Positions 1-13,218 of a DNA stretch of 64,000 nucleotides are shown in pieces. Position numbers and translations under genes: made by a program. The stretch's first letter is position 1. Each line of letters starts with the position of its first letter. Under the pieces are notes generated by a model. That model saw only the letters and a program-made list of their open reading frames with translations. It had not been told where the DNA came from and did not search any database. Source of the stretch: Amoebophrya sp. A120 (lineage: Eukaryota; Protista; Dinoflagellata); assembly GCA_905178155.1 (NCBI GenBank), contig CAJINV010000017.1, forward strand, positions 426,722 through 490,721, written 5' to 3'.

Positions 1-5
1 GGCAA

Positions 6-3000
6 ATGGAGGAGGTCCGGTGCCCCAACAGGGACTGTGAGACCAAGCTGGTGCGTGTTGACCCCGCGGCTCCAGATGCGCAGGGTCGCTTCGCGTGCAA
101 CAATGGCCGTTGGTGGATGCAATTCCAGCAAAGTGATTCCTGGAAAGTCAATGACGGCAAGGAGTGCACTACTCTCTCTGAATCTAAGGCCCACAAAGCT
201 ATCCTGCCCGGCACCCCGACCTGCGGCACCGAATGCGAGGGCTACTGGAAGGTTCCCGGCGTGCCGGAGACGGAATCACTTCAGAAAACGCGAACTGAGC
301 TGGTGCGAGACTTCTGTGCAAGAAAGTGGCAGGGCGTGCTCACGGCGGACAAAGTTCTAACTCTCCCGGTCGAACGGGATTTGGTAAGCGGTTCCAAGGA
401 GTACGTGATGCCAAGAACCTCGGACTTCTTCCTGAGACAAACCTACCAGGTGACGCAGCACGCGGCCCAGGGGGGCAGGAATTGCCCCAACAGGGAGAAA
501 ACAAAAGAGTACATCTTCTGCGCCACTGATTGCGAGTACGCGATGTTCGGCGACTGGAGTGTTTGCGAAAACGGAACGCAAACGCGCGACCTCGAGGTGG
601 TGAACCGGGAACAACCGGGAAAATATTTGCAAGTTTGCCAATTCCATCCCGACTTTCGAGAAATGGTGAAGAAAAGCAAGACCGCGGAGAAATTGATAGC
701 GGCAGATAAAAATGGTGTCGGATCATCGGGACTGAAGTACGCAAACAACAAGACGCTACAGGCGCTTGCCAATAGCGGCCTGCAGAGGTATTTTCTTTAC
801 CAAGATGCTGAAACAAGTAGGAATGCGTTGTCGAATCGACCGATCGAGCTCGAGGAGCACCGCGAGACGCGAAGTTGCGGCACGGACTGCGTTGGCGAAT
901 GGGACTTTACCGAAGGGGATTTGAAAAGGCAGTGTCTGTCGCAACTGAAGACCAGTTCCTACCTGCGGGGGAAATCCAACGCTTTTGTGTGGCGTACGTT
1001 CAAGCACACGCAGTTGGCACAGGACGGCGGGAGAGAGTGTCTCTTCCAGGATGGATTCAAGGACTGGGTGAAGTGTGATCCGGTGGATTGCCGTGGCGTC
1101 TGGAGCACTTGGACAACGAGTGAGGCCGTGTGCGAGCACAATACACACAGCGATGCGGAGGTACTTTTGTTGGCAGGCGAGGAAAAGAATAGAAATGCTG
1201 GAACTACAACCAGTAAAGCAGATGGTTCAGAACAAAGACAAACTAAAACGTCTTTCCTGGAACATGAGCCGGCAAAACTTGCTGACAAAATCAGCACCAA
1301 GACGAAAGTGCAGTTCCAGACCAAACCCACACTGCAGAGGCCAAGCGCATCCTCCGCACTTCTGGCGAGTCCTGAGGAAAGCCCTACGACGAGTGCGACG
1401 ACACGAGAACAAGAACCGTTCCAGTCCCGAAAATTTTACGTGGAGCAGCCCGAGCTTTACGGGGGGATTCCTTGTGGATACGCCGATGGCTTCATCCAAA
1501 AGCGGCTCTGTGGACCGCAGTATACGTACCCGGCGGACAGTATTTCTGAAGATTCCTCAGTACCAGGGACGACGGCAAGCACGGGCACGTCAAGCACTGC
1601 TGCTACTACGTTACCGACTGTGTCTAGTGTTAACCAACATTCCCCTGTTGTAGTTCTCGAACATAAACCGATAAGAGCGCCAACTAGTGAAATGAGACCA
1701 CCAACAGGACCGGAGGTTGCGCCAGGACCGGTTGGGACAGCATCAATTAGTCAATGGAGACCACCAATGGTTGCGCCAGGACTGGTGGCGCTAGGTGGGC
1801 CACAATTTCCTACTGGCGGAAATGATGCCGCTGGAGAAGGTGAAGAAGATGATAAAGAAAATGAAAATAAGGACGACAACGACGAGGAGAACAATTACAT
1901 AGCGGATCACCAACCACCAGCTGAACCAGGTCCCGATGGGCCTCAGATTGAGGAAAAGGCACCTGCAGCTCCACGCGGCCCCGCAGCAAATAACGTCCCC
2001 GCATTCGCAAACGGGATTCAGCAAGATCACTCTTGCAGCACATTTGCCTGGGACAAGACGCGGGTTGAAGTTTTGGACAGTTGCAAAGCACAGCTCGAAC
2101 AGCTGCTCGCGGACAAAAACGCACAAGTCGCGGCCGTCGGCCCGGAGGCGGTGGTTCCTGGCAGCTTGGACGCGGAGTACCTAGACAAGGCGAAGAGCAT
2201 ACAAGTAGAAGTGAAATTTATGCAGACCAGGGAGAAGAATCAAAGTACAGGTGGCGAAGAAGAAACAGGAAACAAGACTGAACAGGGCCTGTTCCAGCAG
2301 TACAATGGAGACGAAACAAGCAAAGCGGACGAGAAGGAGAAAAAAGCCAGCAATGGAGAAAGTATTGCAAACGGTAAAAACTCTACCTGCGTCTTTCAGG
2401 AAAACGAGACGAAGCAAATTCTCTGTCGCGAGGCGCTCACGGAGCAGTTTGACAGGTTAGGGTTTGCAAAGGACGAGGCCCAGGAGACGGAACAGATTAT
2501 AGCACAACAGACGGTCGCAGATCTGGGTCTAGGAGGTGGAGGCGCAGGAGCTGCTCCTCAGGGTTATTTTGCTCCTCCGTCCGCCTCCGCGAGTCGTGAA
2601 ATATTTCTTTTGTCGGATGTCCTCAACTTATTCTCCCCGTTTTCCGGTGGCACACACGAAGGCAGCACAAGCAGAACTAGTGCCACGACTTCTGGATCAG
2701 CATCCACGACAGGAGAGGAAGAGAATGCCACGACTTTTGGCGATCACGAAAGTTCTTCCAGTTCTTGTCTCTCCTGCACACCTTCCACCTGGACACCTTG
2801 CGGCTGGATGGGTTTCCTCGCGTTTGTCGGCGGGCTTCTGTATCCTGGGCAAAAGTATGGTCACTGGTAGTAATTATCGCAGTCATGCATGACAAGAGTC
2901 GTTCGTAAGCATGTGCATGAGCTAAATGAGCATTACAAAGTAGAACTTCATTTCTCGTGCTTGAAAAAATTTGTGAAGATGCTATCGCTACTAGCTACGA

Positions 3001-4870
3001 TACTTTTGCAATCCATATCCTGCTCATAACGGCCGCGGCTGGTGTGGTACTGTCTGCGGATGATTACATAGACTCGTCTGACTTCGATGAGATGGAAACA
3101 CAAACAGAGACGGACGAGTCGGAAATGTTGCGTGCCGCGGCCGCCCGCGGCGCCTACGATCCGGAATCCTCGGATCTTTCCGACTCGCAGAAAGAGCACA
3201 TTCTCGAGCAGGAAAGAACGCTGCGGAAAGGAGAAAAAAAGTTGAGGCGGAAAAGGGAACAACCTCCTAAGCGGACAAACATCTTTACCGCGCTAAAAAC
3301 GAGAATAAGGCGGGGTCGCGCTGGTGCTGCTGGAGGGGCGGCTCGTACAGCTTCTCCACGTGCTGGACAAGTAGGAGGCGCCGAAACTCCTCGCGGTGAG
3401 CAGCAGAGAAAGAACATCTTCTCCTTCTTTCGAAGGAAGAAGAACGCTGTGACCACAGCAGCTGAACCTCCGGTACCAAATCCATTCTCTTCAGGAGCCG
3501 ACCACACGATAGGGACGAACAAGGTTGCAGTTGTTCCTCCTACTAGCACTACTTCGTCCAGCATCAAGGACCACTTGCACTTCCTCCGCACGGCTGACAA
3601 CAAAACTACGAGTGCTGGTGCCCCGTCGATCCTCGCTAAGGAGCGCGAACAGCAAAAATTGCAGGGCGTGGCCGGGAATAGTAATAAACTTGGCGCCAGT
3701 GCAGCGAGTACCAGTAGATCTGGCTTTATGCAACTTTCTGGTCAAGGCGGTGATGAGCACTCTTCTCATACCACGGTGATACAGGACTCGAACCTCCTGA
3801 CTTTTGAGTTCAACAGCGGAAGCAAGTATACCGTGCCCCTGCAGGCCGCAACCGCAGTGCATCACGGGGGAAATGATTACCACGATGCAGAGGATCTGCA
3901 TAAAGTTAAAGACAGTACTTCGAACAGAATCAAAACAACAGGAACTACAGAATCAAAACAACAGGAACTACAGCGACAAGACCAAGAAGGATTTACCACG
4001 TCAGAAGTCGCTGCTGCGGTGCTGGGGCTGGAGAGGGGAGCCGCCAGCGCAGTGTTTCGCTACTCCGGTATGGAATCGGCTGTCGGCACAGCTTCTGCGA
4101 GGATGAAGTCCTCGACCAGAAGTCGGAAGAGCAGCTCGAGAATAGTAAGCCGCGATCATTCATCTCATGATCGGGCGTCTAGTAGCAGAGGCTCCTCCAC
4201 GGCGTCCGCGTCTGCCTCTTCCCTCGATAGTGTAGTTGGTCGCGTCACAGCGACGGGGGCTCCGCGTAGTTCAAGTAGAGGAACCAAGAGACTAAAGAAG
4301 AAGCAAAAACTGAAAGGAGATTTAGACCTGCGGAGTCATGAGGTGGAACACAAGGGCAAGATCAAGAAGAAAAAAGAAGAAAAGCAAAGCGGCAGAAAGT
4401 CGAGGTCCCGAAGCGTAACACCACGTGGTGCGACGCAAGAAAACCGCGGCCGTACCGGCTCCGGTGCTGGTGACCCATTAGGATTCGCTGCCAGTGTAGT
4501 TCCTGGCGCTGAGAGTTTGGAGAACCGCAAAAGCAGGCGAGCACTAGCGCCAAGAGCACCTTCATCACATCATAACCAAACTTCGTCGGCCATAGACTTC
4601 GAAAGCAGCCACTTCACTCCGAGGAAGAGCCGAGTGCGGACAACGACGGCGCAGAACACTTCTGCAGACGCAGCACATGAGCAGATTGCTCAGCTTGGTA
4701 ATTTATCGGCGAAGAGGAAAAGAAAGACGAAATTAGCTGGCGCTGATTCTAGTTCATCGGAAGACCACCTCGGTGAGAAAGTGGAGCCCATTCTTGACCC
4801 AGCAGAGGCGGCGCGCGGTAAAAAAGGCGGGAGGAAAAAGAAACCTGCTTCCAAGAACGCAGATGGTTGA
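6..4870 (+). CDS. Thrombospondin type-1 (TSP1) repeat single-pass membrane protein, TRAP/MIC-like adhesin; 5' end probably outside window
   Basis: TSP1-like motifs (CEYAMFGDWSVCENGTQTR, DCVGEWD, DCRGVWSTW, GGRNCP, GGREC, GGIPC) and a Pro-rich stalk. ORFs 6..2870 and 2957..4870 join in frame after removing non-canonical intron 2841-3022, which creates the TM helix WMGFLAFVGGLLLITAAAGVVL, followed by a basic Ser-rich tail. Confidence 0.75.
2841..3017. mobile_element. TIR introner / non-canonical intron, family A (TAT-N5-GCAAAAGTAT), degenerate
   Basis: Left tatcctgggcaaaagtat, right atacttttgcaatccata (13/18 complementary); flanks ttctg (2836-2840) and tcctg (3018-3022); removing 182 nt restores the frame. 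Confidence 0.75.
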
Positions 4871-5958
4871 AAGTGAAAGGCTGGGGCAGGGGGAGCTGCT
4901 TCGAAAAGCTACTAATTTAGTTGTTTGCTCAAATTTATGTAGAAATAGAAGTCTCAAATTTAGAAATTTTTTCTCCAATTATTCTGCGCGAATTTTTTGA
5001 TGGTATCGCAGTAGCAGCCGGAGTAGTCAGACTCCTGCGCACTAGCGCGGGCATCTACTGCTGCGCTAAATCTTGTAATTTTCTAGCGATTCTCTCTTTT
5101 TAGATTCAGACGGTATTGTCTGATAGTTTTTGACCTGTACCCCTCGTTCGCGAGCCCCTTTTTTCACCTGTACCCACAAGTAGTTGTCCCCGCGAATCAA
5201 TATTGCATTTTTTTCTTTGGATTTCAATGTCGTCGTCTTTCCCCTCTTCAAGATGATCGCTTTCTTTTCATCTTTTTGCTGATGGTGCATTCTGGTGCAG
5301 TTTGGCGGCTAGCACACAATCAACGTGCCCGAGCCAGCGAGTGCGAGTCGTGATTTCTTTGTTCAGCCAAGAAGATTTCGGGGGTTTTCTTGTTGGTTAC
5401 GTTACAGATGAGGAGCGCAATAAAAGGAGCGACACAGCAGGCTTCATCTACATGTGAGCAGCAAGTGGATGAAGGCCACCAAGACTACAAAAGTACTGTC
5501 TTTGAGGGAAAGCGCGCTCGGAAGGCCGAGTGGAGCTCGCTGCTGCCGCTGCGTAAGTAGATGATAACGACCGGCCTCGCGGCCCTCAGTATCTTTGAGT
5601 AGAATTTCATTTGCGTAGCAGTAAAGAGACAAGATGGAGATCAACATCAACGCGTATTGAGCTGCCTTGCGATCTTGCAGGTCGCTCGTCCTTGTTTTTT
5701 CGTTGCAGAAAAGCCAGAAAGAAACTAAGTCGGAGGTTCCGCTCCCACCGCGACTCGGAGGCTGGTGAATTTAGATCCGGTGTAAATACATTTCTCTACA
5801 ACTTCCCGCGTCCACCTCTTGAAGCACAAGCTCCACGACAGAACTCCTCCATCCTTGTTGTCGAAAAGTAGAGTTGCATAACGGCGCGGAACAAACAATA
5901 GCGAATAGGTCGGGAACAACAGGGGGAAGAAAAAGAGAGGGCCACCAGTAGTACGAAG

Positions 5959-8528
5959 ATGCCGACGGCCGAGAACCTCGCGACTTCGAGCACGATGGCG
6001 GGCACGACCCAAGCCGCGTCCTCCTCCACCGCGGGACGGGTAAATCCGAACAGCGCTCCGGTCAAGTCCCCGTGGCTGGACGCCATGAACGATCCGGTTG
6101 CCGGGATGAAGTGCTACTCCAGCTTCATGACGCTGTGCGACCTGCACGCCGACGGGAACCATCGGTTGATTTTGATCGACCTGCAGAAGCGGATACGGAT
6201 CTACAAGGGGTTGACGATCCAGTGGGAGCAAAAACTGATGGACGTTCCGGTCGGGCTGGCCTGCTTCCACCACGACACCGCGTCCAGCAAGGAAGCCAGC
6301 AAGTCCGGGGCGCAAATCCCCACCTTGGCCGTGGCAAGCGGGCACCAGATCTTTGTGTACCGCTACCTGCGGCCGCACCTCAAATACAGCCTCCCGAAGA
6401 TGGAGATACACGCTCAGGAAATCGCCGTGTGGAGCAGCATTCGCCCGGAGGCGCAAAACGTGCAGAATGCCGTCGATTCGCTGAACCAGCTGCGGGACCA
6501 AGGGGTATACTTAAAGTAATGAAAATGTAAATTTTTATGATATGATAAAGGAAAAGCAAAAGCAGAAGCCCACCTCAGTTGCATGTTCGTGATGTTCCTG
6601 AGTTGATATTTCATTTCGTGGTTATGCTAAACTGCTAAACTCTATTTCTACAACAAGAGTTGTAGACTGTGACCAGCATGACGACCGTCAGGTCTCCTTA
6701 ACCAACCGGTCCATGGACCTTCTGGCCATGGAGGACCAGCCCGATTCCGAGAAGGTGGACTACGTGAAACTTGCCCGGGAGCATCCCTTTATTCAAAATA
6801 CGGCCATCACGTGCATGGAAACCTTGAAAGTCAACATCGAGGAGGAAAACGGTGTTTCCATGGTGGTTTTCGGTGCCGAAAACCGGTGCGTCTACATTCT
6901 CGATTCGAACGCCTTGGATGTGGTAGTGAAGGTGGAACTAGACTCTGTCCCGGTCTTCCTCGTCTGCAGCGGGCTCTACGATGTCGAATATCGTATTTTT
7001 TTCTTTGCTTCGCGGAACGACAAGAAATTTGAAGTACTTTGCGACGTTATGCCGATACATCACGACTATCCTGTTGTGCTATGGGTTCTTGTGCCTTTTT
7101 GCTAGAAGTCTGTCAGAAAGAGGTGGCGACAGGTTGACGCTTTCCCAAGTAAGTACTTACTCCTCTACAATCCAGGTATTATTTGCGCGTGCCGTGACGG
7201 GAAGATCTACACGATCAAAAACGGCGCCCTGCTGTCCATGGTGATCGAGCTGGAAACGTTGCCGGTCGGGTTGGTGAAGATCGAAAAGATGATCAATGTG
7301 GGAACGATGGACAACGTCGTGCACTGCTTTCATTTCAAGGGCAAGAAGCAGTACTCGGTGTACCTTGACGCCCCGATTCAGTGTATGCAGTTGATGCAGT
7401 CGCCGAAAACCAAGGTGAAAGCAATGCTGGTGGCCCTGCAAAACGGCGAGGTGCGACTGTACAACGGGAAGTTTCTAGTTCACACACTGTTCCTGGCAGA
7501 ACCGGTGATCGGGATGTGCTTCGGCATGTTTGGCAGGGAAGACGGAACGCTCTGTACTTTATACTTTTGAAAAGTTTTGGAAATTCGTACTTTTCGATGA
7601 TTTTGCTTTGGCGGATGCTGCATAGTTTACTTAGTTAGTTTTTCCATGGTGCGTCGTGGTTTTCCTTGTCAAGCTGTTGAAAGAGTTTGTTTCATGGTAA
7701 AGAAAAAATCGCATAATTCGTAATGTTTCTTCATACTGATTCCAAATCAACAACAAATCGGCAGGCATGTCCTTGAAATCTGGCGGTCTGGTGGTGAAGA
7801 TGCTTTCCCGCACAGCAAATCTGGAGCGGTCCCTCGAGCCGCCCGGGCCTCCGCACGAGCAGGACATTCCGCTCGACATTCCGAAGAAAACGAAGCTGTA
7901 CGTAGACCAAACCGCGCGGGAACGCGATCAGCCCGTGGAGATGCACCGGATTTTCCAACGAGACCTGTGCAAGCTCCGACTCAATACCGCCCGAGCCTAC
8001 GTAAAACTGCTGGGCACGACGTCCAGTGGCGCAGTGGTGAAAACGGCGAACCAGGGCTTGGCGCAACTCCGGCTAAACGCAGGGGTAGTACTTGATAAAA
8101 TGCATAATACTACACAGGGTTCACGATGATCTAGTTCTAGTACGTTACGTCTGCATGATGATCCCTAACACTACACTTTCGCGCCGTGTTCCGCCTTGAC
8201 CGACGAACTATTCACCCAGGTAAAAGGCATGGGACCTGAGTTCGAGATCGAGCTTTCCCTCACCAATGCGGCAGAGAAGCAGATCCGCGACTTGTTCGTC
8301 CAGGTGGACGCGAATGGGGCCGTTTACGCGGTACAGAAACCGCTCACCTTCGTGCCGCTGTTGCTACCGGGATACCAGCTGGTAATACCCGTGAAAGTGG
8401 ACTGCGTCGACTACCTCGCGCCGGCCGACCACATCCGGGTCAGCGTTTTGTGCCGCGACACAGTGCGGCCGCTGGTCGCCGCGGTGGTGCAAATGCCGGT
8501 TTCCGCACAGAGCATGATTGAGGACTGA
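5959..8528 (+). CDS. BBS1: Bardet-Biedl syndrome 1 protein (BBSome subunit)
   Basis: Motifs WLDAMNDPVAG, DLHADGNHRL, LAVASG..IFVYRYLRPHLKYSLP, EQDIPLDIPKKTKLYVDQTARER, MHRIFQRDLCKLRLNTARAYVK. GT-AG introns 6505-6691, 6993-7175, 7554-7764, 8085-8219 give a continuous frame. Confidence 0.93.
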
Positions 8529-9074
8529 TATTTTGCTCGGGCCGATGTAGTTGTGGTGGCTCCTTAGTGTCGTGTGGTGAGCCGTTCGCTGTCAAAAAAG
8601 CCGTACAAGAATAAAGTCGCTCCTGATGATCTTGTTCTTGGAGTGCAACTTGCAAAAAGTAAATAATCTTCAGAAGATCGGTGGTAGAAAAAGTAACTGG
8701 ACGCTGTCTGTGCCACCACCAGGAGTTTGGCGGCATTGGGGCGCGGTCTGCCTGTTGCTCTTTGGGAAAAAAGTCAAAGAGGGATTGTTCACGGCCAGAT
8801 GTCGAGTCGCAGCCAGCAACCATGCGCAACTTTGTAGCTGGACGGTACATCGAATTTCAGCATCAATCATGAGTATCACTGTAGCATTCTAGTTGACCCA
8901 TCTACCACAGAAAATCAAAAACACGAAGCCGGCTAAGGGGCCAGAACGGCCGCAATAATCGATCCTACCCCCGCGGCGACAGTGACAGACCTGTCCACGC
9001 CTCTTCTGCTGGAGTCAGTCGTCCACGTCCGACCGTAGAATATCACACCAGAATACAACTCAAATTCCAAAAAG

Positions 9075-11729
9075 ATGGCTCCCTCTCCAAGCTTTGACAG
9101 CAAGAAGTTTTCTGCCCGCGACACGGTGTCACACACCGAGGCGGCGCACTCGAAAGCCATGGATTTGGCAGCGCACGTGGTGAATTTTGACGACAAGGTT
9201 GCGATGTTGGCCGAAAAAAACAAGTTGCTGAAAGGCAAGCTAGCGGCTCACCAGCTGGACACGGCGGAGGTATTAATTTTCTAGAACAAGCATAAGATTT
9301 TTTTCTGTTGACGCGAAGATACTAACTAAAAGAATCGTAGACCCACTTGTTATGCATTCATTAGTACTGCTGCGTTCATCAAAAAATAACGATCCGAGGT
9401 CATGAGGGAACTGGAGTACACGCGCTTCGCCTGTTTCTACAAGTGGCGCGACATCGTGGCCGCCGAATACCGGCGGAAGAGGTTACAAGCCAAGAAACAA
9501 GCCTTCCAGGAGGACGGGGACCGGCTGCGGTTGGACAAGCTAGATCGCGAAACTGTTTTGCGGGAAGCGGAACGAAAAAAAGCGGAAATGGAGCAGGAGA
9601 AAGCAACATTGCAGGAGGAGTGTACAAACTTCGGCTTTGATGTTTTTCATCCTGGAGTGCATGACTGGTTGCGTTTTTTGTTGAATAATTCACTCACTGA
9701 AATAAAAATACTTGCAAAAGGAAAAGCGAACTTGTTGCGTGCGTGACAAATCGAAGTACTCCCTTGTTGAACTTCAGGTTCCGCCGTGCGGTCCCAGCTC
9801 GAGCAGTTGATATTGGAAGAGAAGCAGCTGGAGTTGCAATTGGCAAGTAACGAAGACTGGCTTGACATCATGCGGACTAACGCAACGGAAAAAGCGCAAC
9901 TGAGAACAAGGCTTTCGTCCTCACAGCAGAGCAAGCACGAGCCTGGTTGTTCTGTTCTCCATTCAAAATCCAGCACACCGCCGCTTACGCCGACAGGAAG
10001 ACACAGCAACGTGTCCGTGTCATCGCTGGTGCGGGAGTTCGGGTATTGAAAAATGCCATGTCTTACTGCGTGAGACGTAGGAAAGTCAGGAGGTTTCATG
10101 GAGCTCCTTTTACGACCTGCCCTCGTCGACGCTCCCGCCCCCCCGCGCGCAGGTCCCGCGCCAGCGCCGGGCCTCCGCGCCAGCGCCGCCCCGCGCCGCG
10201 CGCATCGGCGCCCGTGCCTCCCGCGCGCCCGCCGCCCGCGCCGGCGGGCTTGCAGGGTCACAGCGTCTACGACCTGCCCTCGTAGACGCGGTGGGGGGCC
10301 ACAGCGTCTACGACCTGCCCTCGTAGACGCGGTGGGGGGCCACAGCGTCTACGACCTGCCCTCGTAGACGCGGTGGGGGGCCACGGCGTCTACGACCTGC
10401 CCTCGTAGACGCGGTGGGGGGCCACGGCGTCTACGACCTGCCCTCGTAGACGCGGTGGGGGGCCACGGCGTCTACGGCCTCTGCTCGTAGACGCTGTGGG
10501 GGGTCACAGCGTCTACAACCTCTGCTCGTAGACGCTGTGGGGGGTCACAGCGTCTCCGGCCTCGGCTCGTAGACGCTGCGGGGGGTCACAGCGTCTACGG
10601 CCTCGGCTCGTAGACGCTGCGGGGGGTCACAGCTCCTTTAGCTTTTTGACTACTTCTTGCATGCAACGATGGCAGCTTTTAGTACTGCAAATACTGAGAC
10701 TGACACTGACATCACACACAACTCCCATGCTTCAGGATTCCTCCCTCCTCCTCAACATCCACCTGCAACCCTGCGGGCCCCGGGCAACTGACCCTCCAGC
10801 AGGCTGCGCGCGTGAAGGCCGGGCTGCTGAAGTCCCTCGCGCAGTTGGACGAGTTCAACAAAAAGCGGCACAAGGACGCAGCGGCCGCCTTGGGAGGTCC
10901 TGCGCACCATGCGTGGTCGTCAAGTATGAGGCTGCAGACACAATCCGGGAAGGAGCTGTCGCCGATAACGCCGGAGGTGGTCCTCGGAGAAGATATTAGC
11001 GACTTGCACCGGCAGGCCCGCGGTGACAACACAGAGGAAGTGGTAAACCTGAATAGTGTCACGGTGAACCCACCGCCACCAATAAAAGGCCTGAATTCAT
11101 CAGCATCATCCTATTATACGACCACGCCAAAGAACGCGATGCCACCGACGCGACTCCTCAGCACGAGCAGCTCGTCCGCGTCGGTTGGTATTCCCGCGCC
11201 GGCGAGCGTGACGCTGCCGCGGCCGACGGGCGCGCATTCCAGTTCGACTTTCAATTTACATAGTCGGATCGTCAGCGGAACAAGTGCTGCGGTTGTAGGG
11301 CGTGGAGTGTTGACCAGCACTGGTACTTCTTCTGCTGCTCCTTGTCAAACAGCTACAAGAACGCCAAACAGGAACCACTACGTCGGCGGACAACAGCACA
11401 ACAACCTTGCTGCCGCTACACTATCGGCAGTTGCATCTACAGGCACGTCTGCCACTGTAAGTAGATCAACACTGAGGAAGCCAACCGGTCTGCGGTCGCG
11501 CGCCGGCACGGCTTCTACGACCAGTTTGCTGTCGACACCTCTGCTCAGGGACCGCGGATCAACCGGGGGTGCGTTTTCTGCGCAGGGAGCTGCGGCGGAT
11601 GTAGTTGGGAACAATCTGGGTGCAGAGGGAGCGGACCAGCAGCGAGGGCCGAGAATCAGTGGAAGTGGAAAGAACGTCAAATCTTCCTATTGCTTCAAGA
11701 CTCCGGTCCCAGCGATGGGGCCATTGTAA
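9075..11729 (+). CDS. Hypothetical coiled-coil protein with Ser/Thr-rich C-terminus
   Basis: ORF pieces 9075, 9402, 9786 and 10812 join in frame through GT-AG introns 9270-9398, 9622-9777 and 10043-10735; heptad-like E/K/Q/L-rich segments. Confidence 0.7.
10261..10629. repeat. Intronic tandem array, 9 x 41-bp units, each an inverted-repeat hairpin followed by a G6 run
   Basis: Units start at 10261, 10302, 10343, 10384, 10425, 10466, 10507, 10548 and 10589. Unit is cagcgtctacgacctgccctcgtagacgcggtggggggcca, with stem gcgtctacga/tcgtagacgc. Confidence 0.95.
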
Positions 11730-12172
11730 GATGACAAACGAACATAAGATGAAAGAATCAATTACGAAAAATGATAATCGCGGAACACTGGTGCAGCTGA
11801 ACGGCCACACATTTGTACAATTTTTTGAAAATAGAAAAGCAGAGAACATTTCTGCAAGAGCTTCAAACACGAGCTAAGCCTAAGTGCCTAGCACCTGTTC
11901 TCTCCATGCCGACGAAGTTGCCGATGAGGGCCTTCGAACACCTTTCGAGCTCCTTGCGGCCTATCTTCGTCAAAAAGACCGTTTCTGAAATTGCCTTCGT
12001 TGGTTGCAAGTTCTGTTCACAAGCTGCTGTTTGCTCCTACGGAAGATCTTTCGTAATCCACAAGCTACTGCTGCTTGTTTAGCTTTTTCTAGCGTCTCTA
12101 TACTTTTATTTTGCCAATTGTTTCTAGTACGGCTCCTAGTCATAGCACCACTCCGCTAAATATTCACCAAAC

Positions 12173-12460
12173 ATGAGTCTCTTCTTCCCCTCGCCGGCGA
12201 CGTTGTTCGCAAAGATGGGTCCGACCAAAGGCCGCGGACCGCTGATCAGCAAGCGCGCCCCGCATTTCCGCAAGGGCTTTGGGTCCATTGGTTTGGGAAG
12301 GCACACGAAAAAGGCGTTTTTTCATGTGAATCCGCAACTAGTGCCCATGTTCAAAGTGCCCGATCTGACCGGGTTCAAGTTGAAACCCTACGTGTCCAGG
12401 AGAACGCCGGTCGTAAACAATGCCTGCGAATACTGGCGAACTGGACATTTCATTCCATGA
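12173..12460 (+). CDS. MRPL41: Mitochondrial ribosomal protein mL41 (MRP-L27 family)
   Basis: PLISKRAPHFRKGFGSIGLGRHTKK...VPMFKVPDLTGFKLKPYVS matches the mL41 signature (SKR..F.KG.G...GRHT...VPDL..F.LKPYVS). Confidence 0.85.
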   Translation: MSLFFPSPATLFAKMGPTKGRGPLISKRAPHFRKGFGSIGLGRHTKKAFFHVNPQLVPMFKVPDLTGFKLKPYVSRRTPVVNNACEYWRTGHFIP

Positions 12461-13218
12461 AACAAAGAAAGTGCAGAAGCGGAGCAGGTGTACATTGTCG
12501 TCCAGCACGCCGCAACTTACTGCCATCGATAAAAACCGTCAATGGAAGCTGTGTCTTGACGTTCACGATGACGGCATTGTTAGTAGTCAAGTTGAAGAAG
12601 AGCGGTCTAACAACTGCTCTCGCTGTGTCCTCGGCGACACAAAAATCGATCCAGGAGTAAAAATATCTGTCGAAGGAGATCCTGCGCAAAGCCTCAGAAC
12701 GACATACGAATGCTCAGAAGCAGGACATAATCAGATCGCACACCGTGAAACAAAGGATCTTGATACAATGCACCGTGTGAGGAGCAGCGTGGACCTAAAA
12801 TGTAAAATAAAAATGATTTTCCGTCTCCGCTCACATAGTAAAGCTAAAGGCACCGCACCGATCCAAGTATTGATCCAATGCAATGGATAGGTGCAAGAAT
12901 GTGAAATCGCTCTAAAGCAAAATGAAATGTATGCTCTTCCACACAACGCAGATCAAAACATCAAATTTCCGGTGCTACTAATTCATGCGCTCTTCAAAAC
13001 GTAAATTGGGATGAATTGCGTTGGATCTAAGTATGATTTGAATTTGTGATACAACTTCAGGTGGGTTTTCCCGTAATAAGTACCATGGCTAGACATAAAG
13101 ATTGACTTGTGTTTCTATTTGACCTCAAAGTCGGATTTCTTATTTTTGACTCTGCGTAGTTCGAGTTCCTCTTCCTGGCCTCGCCTCATCATTTCCCCGC
13201 GTGGAAGAGAGGGCAAAA

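Noticed and set aside
9647-10367. Arg/Ala/Pro-rich ORFs 9647..10261(-), 9947..10285(+) and 10098..10367(+)
   Set aside because: By-products of the GC-rich intronic insert; no protein family features.
10261-10629. CRISPR-like array of palindromic repeats
   Set aside because: Units are head-to-tail with no unique spacers, there are no cas genes, and the context is a eukaryotic intron.
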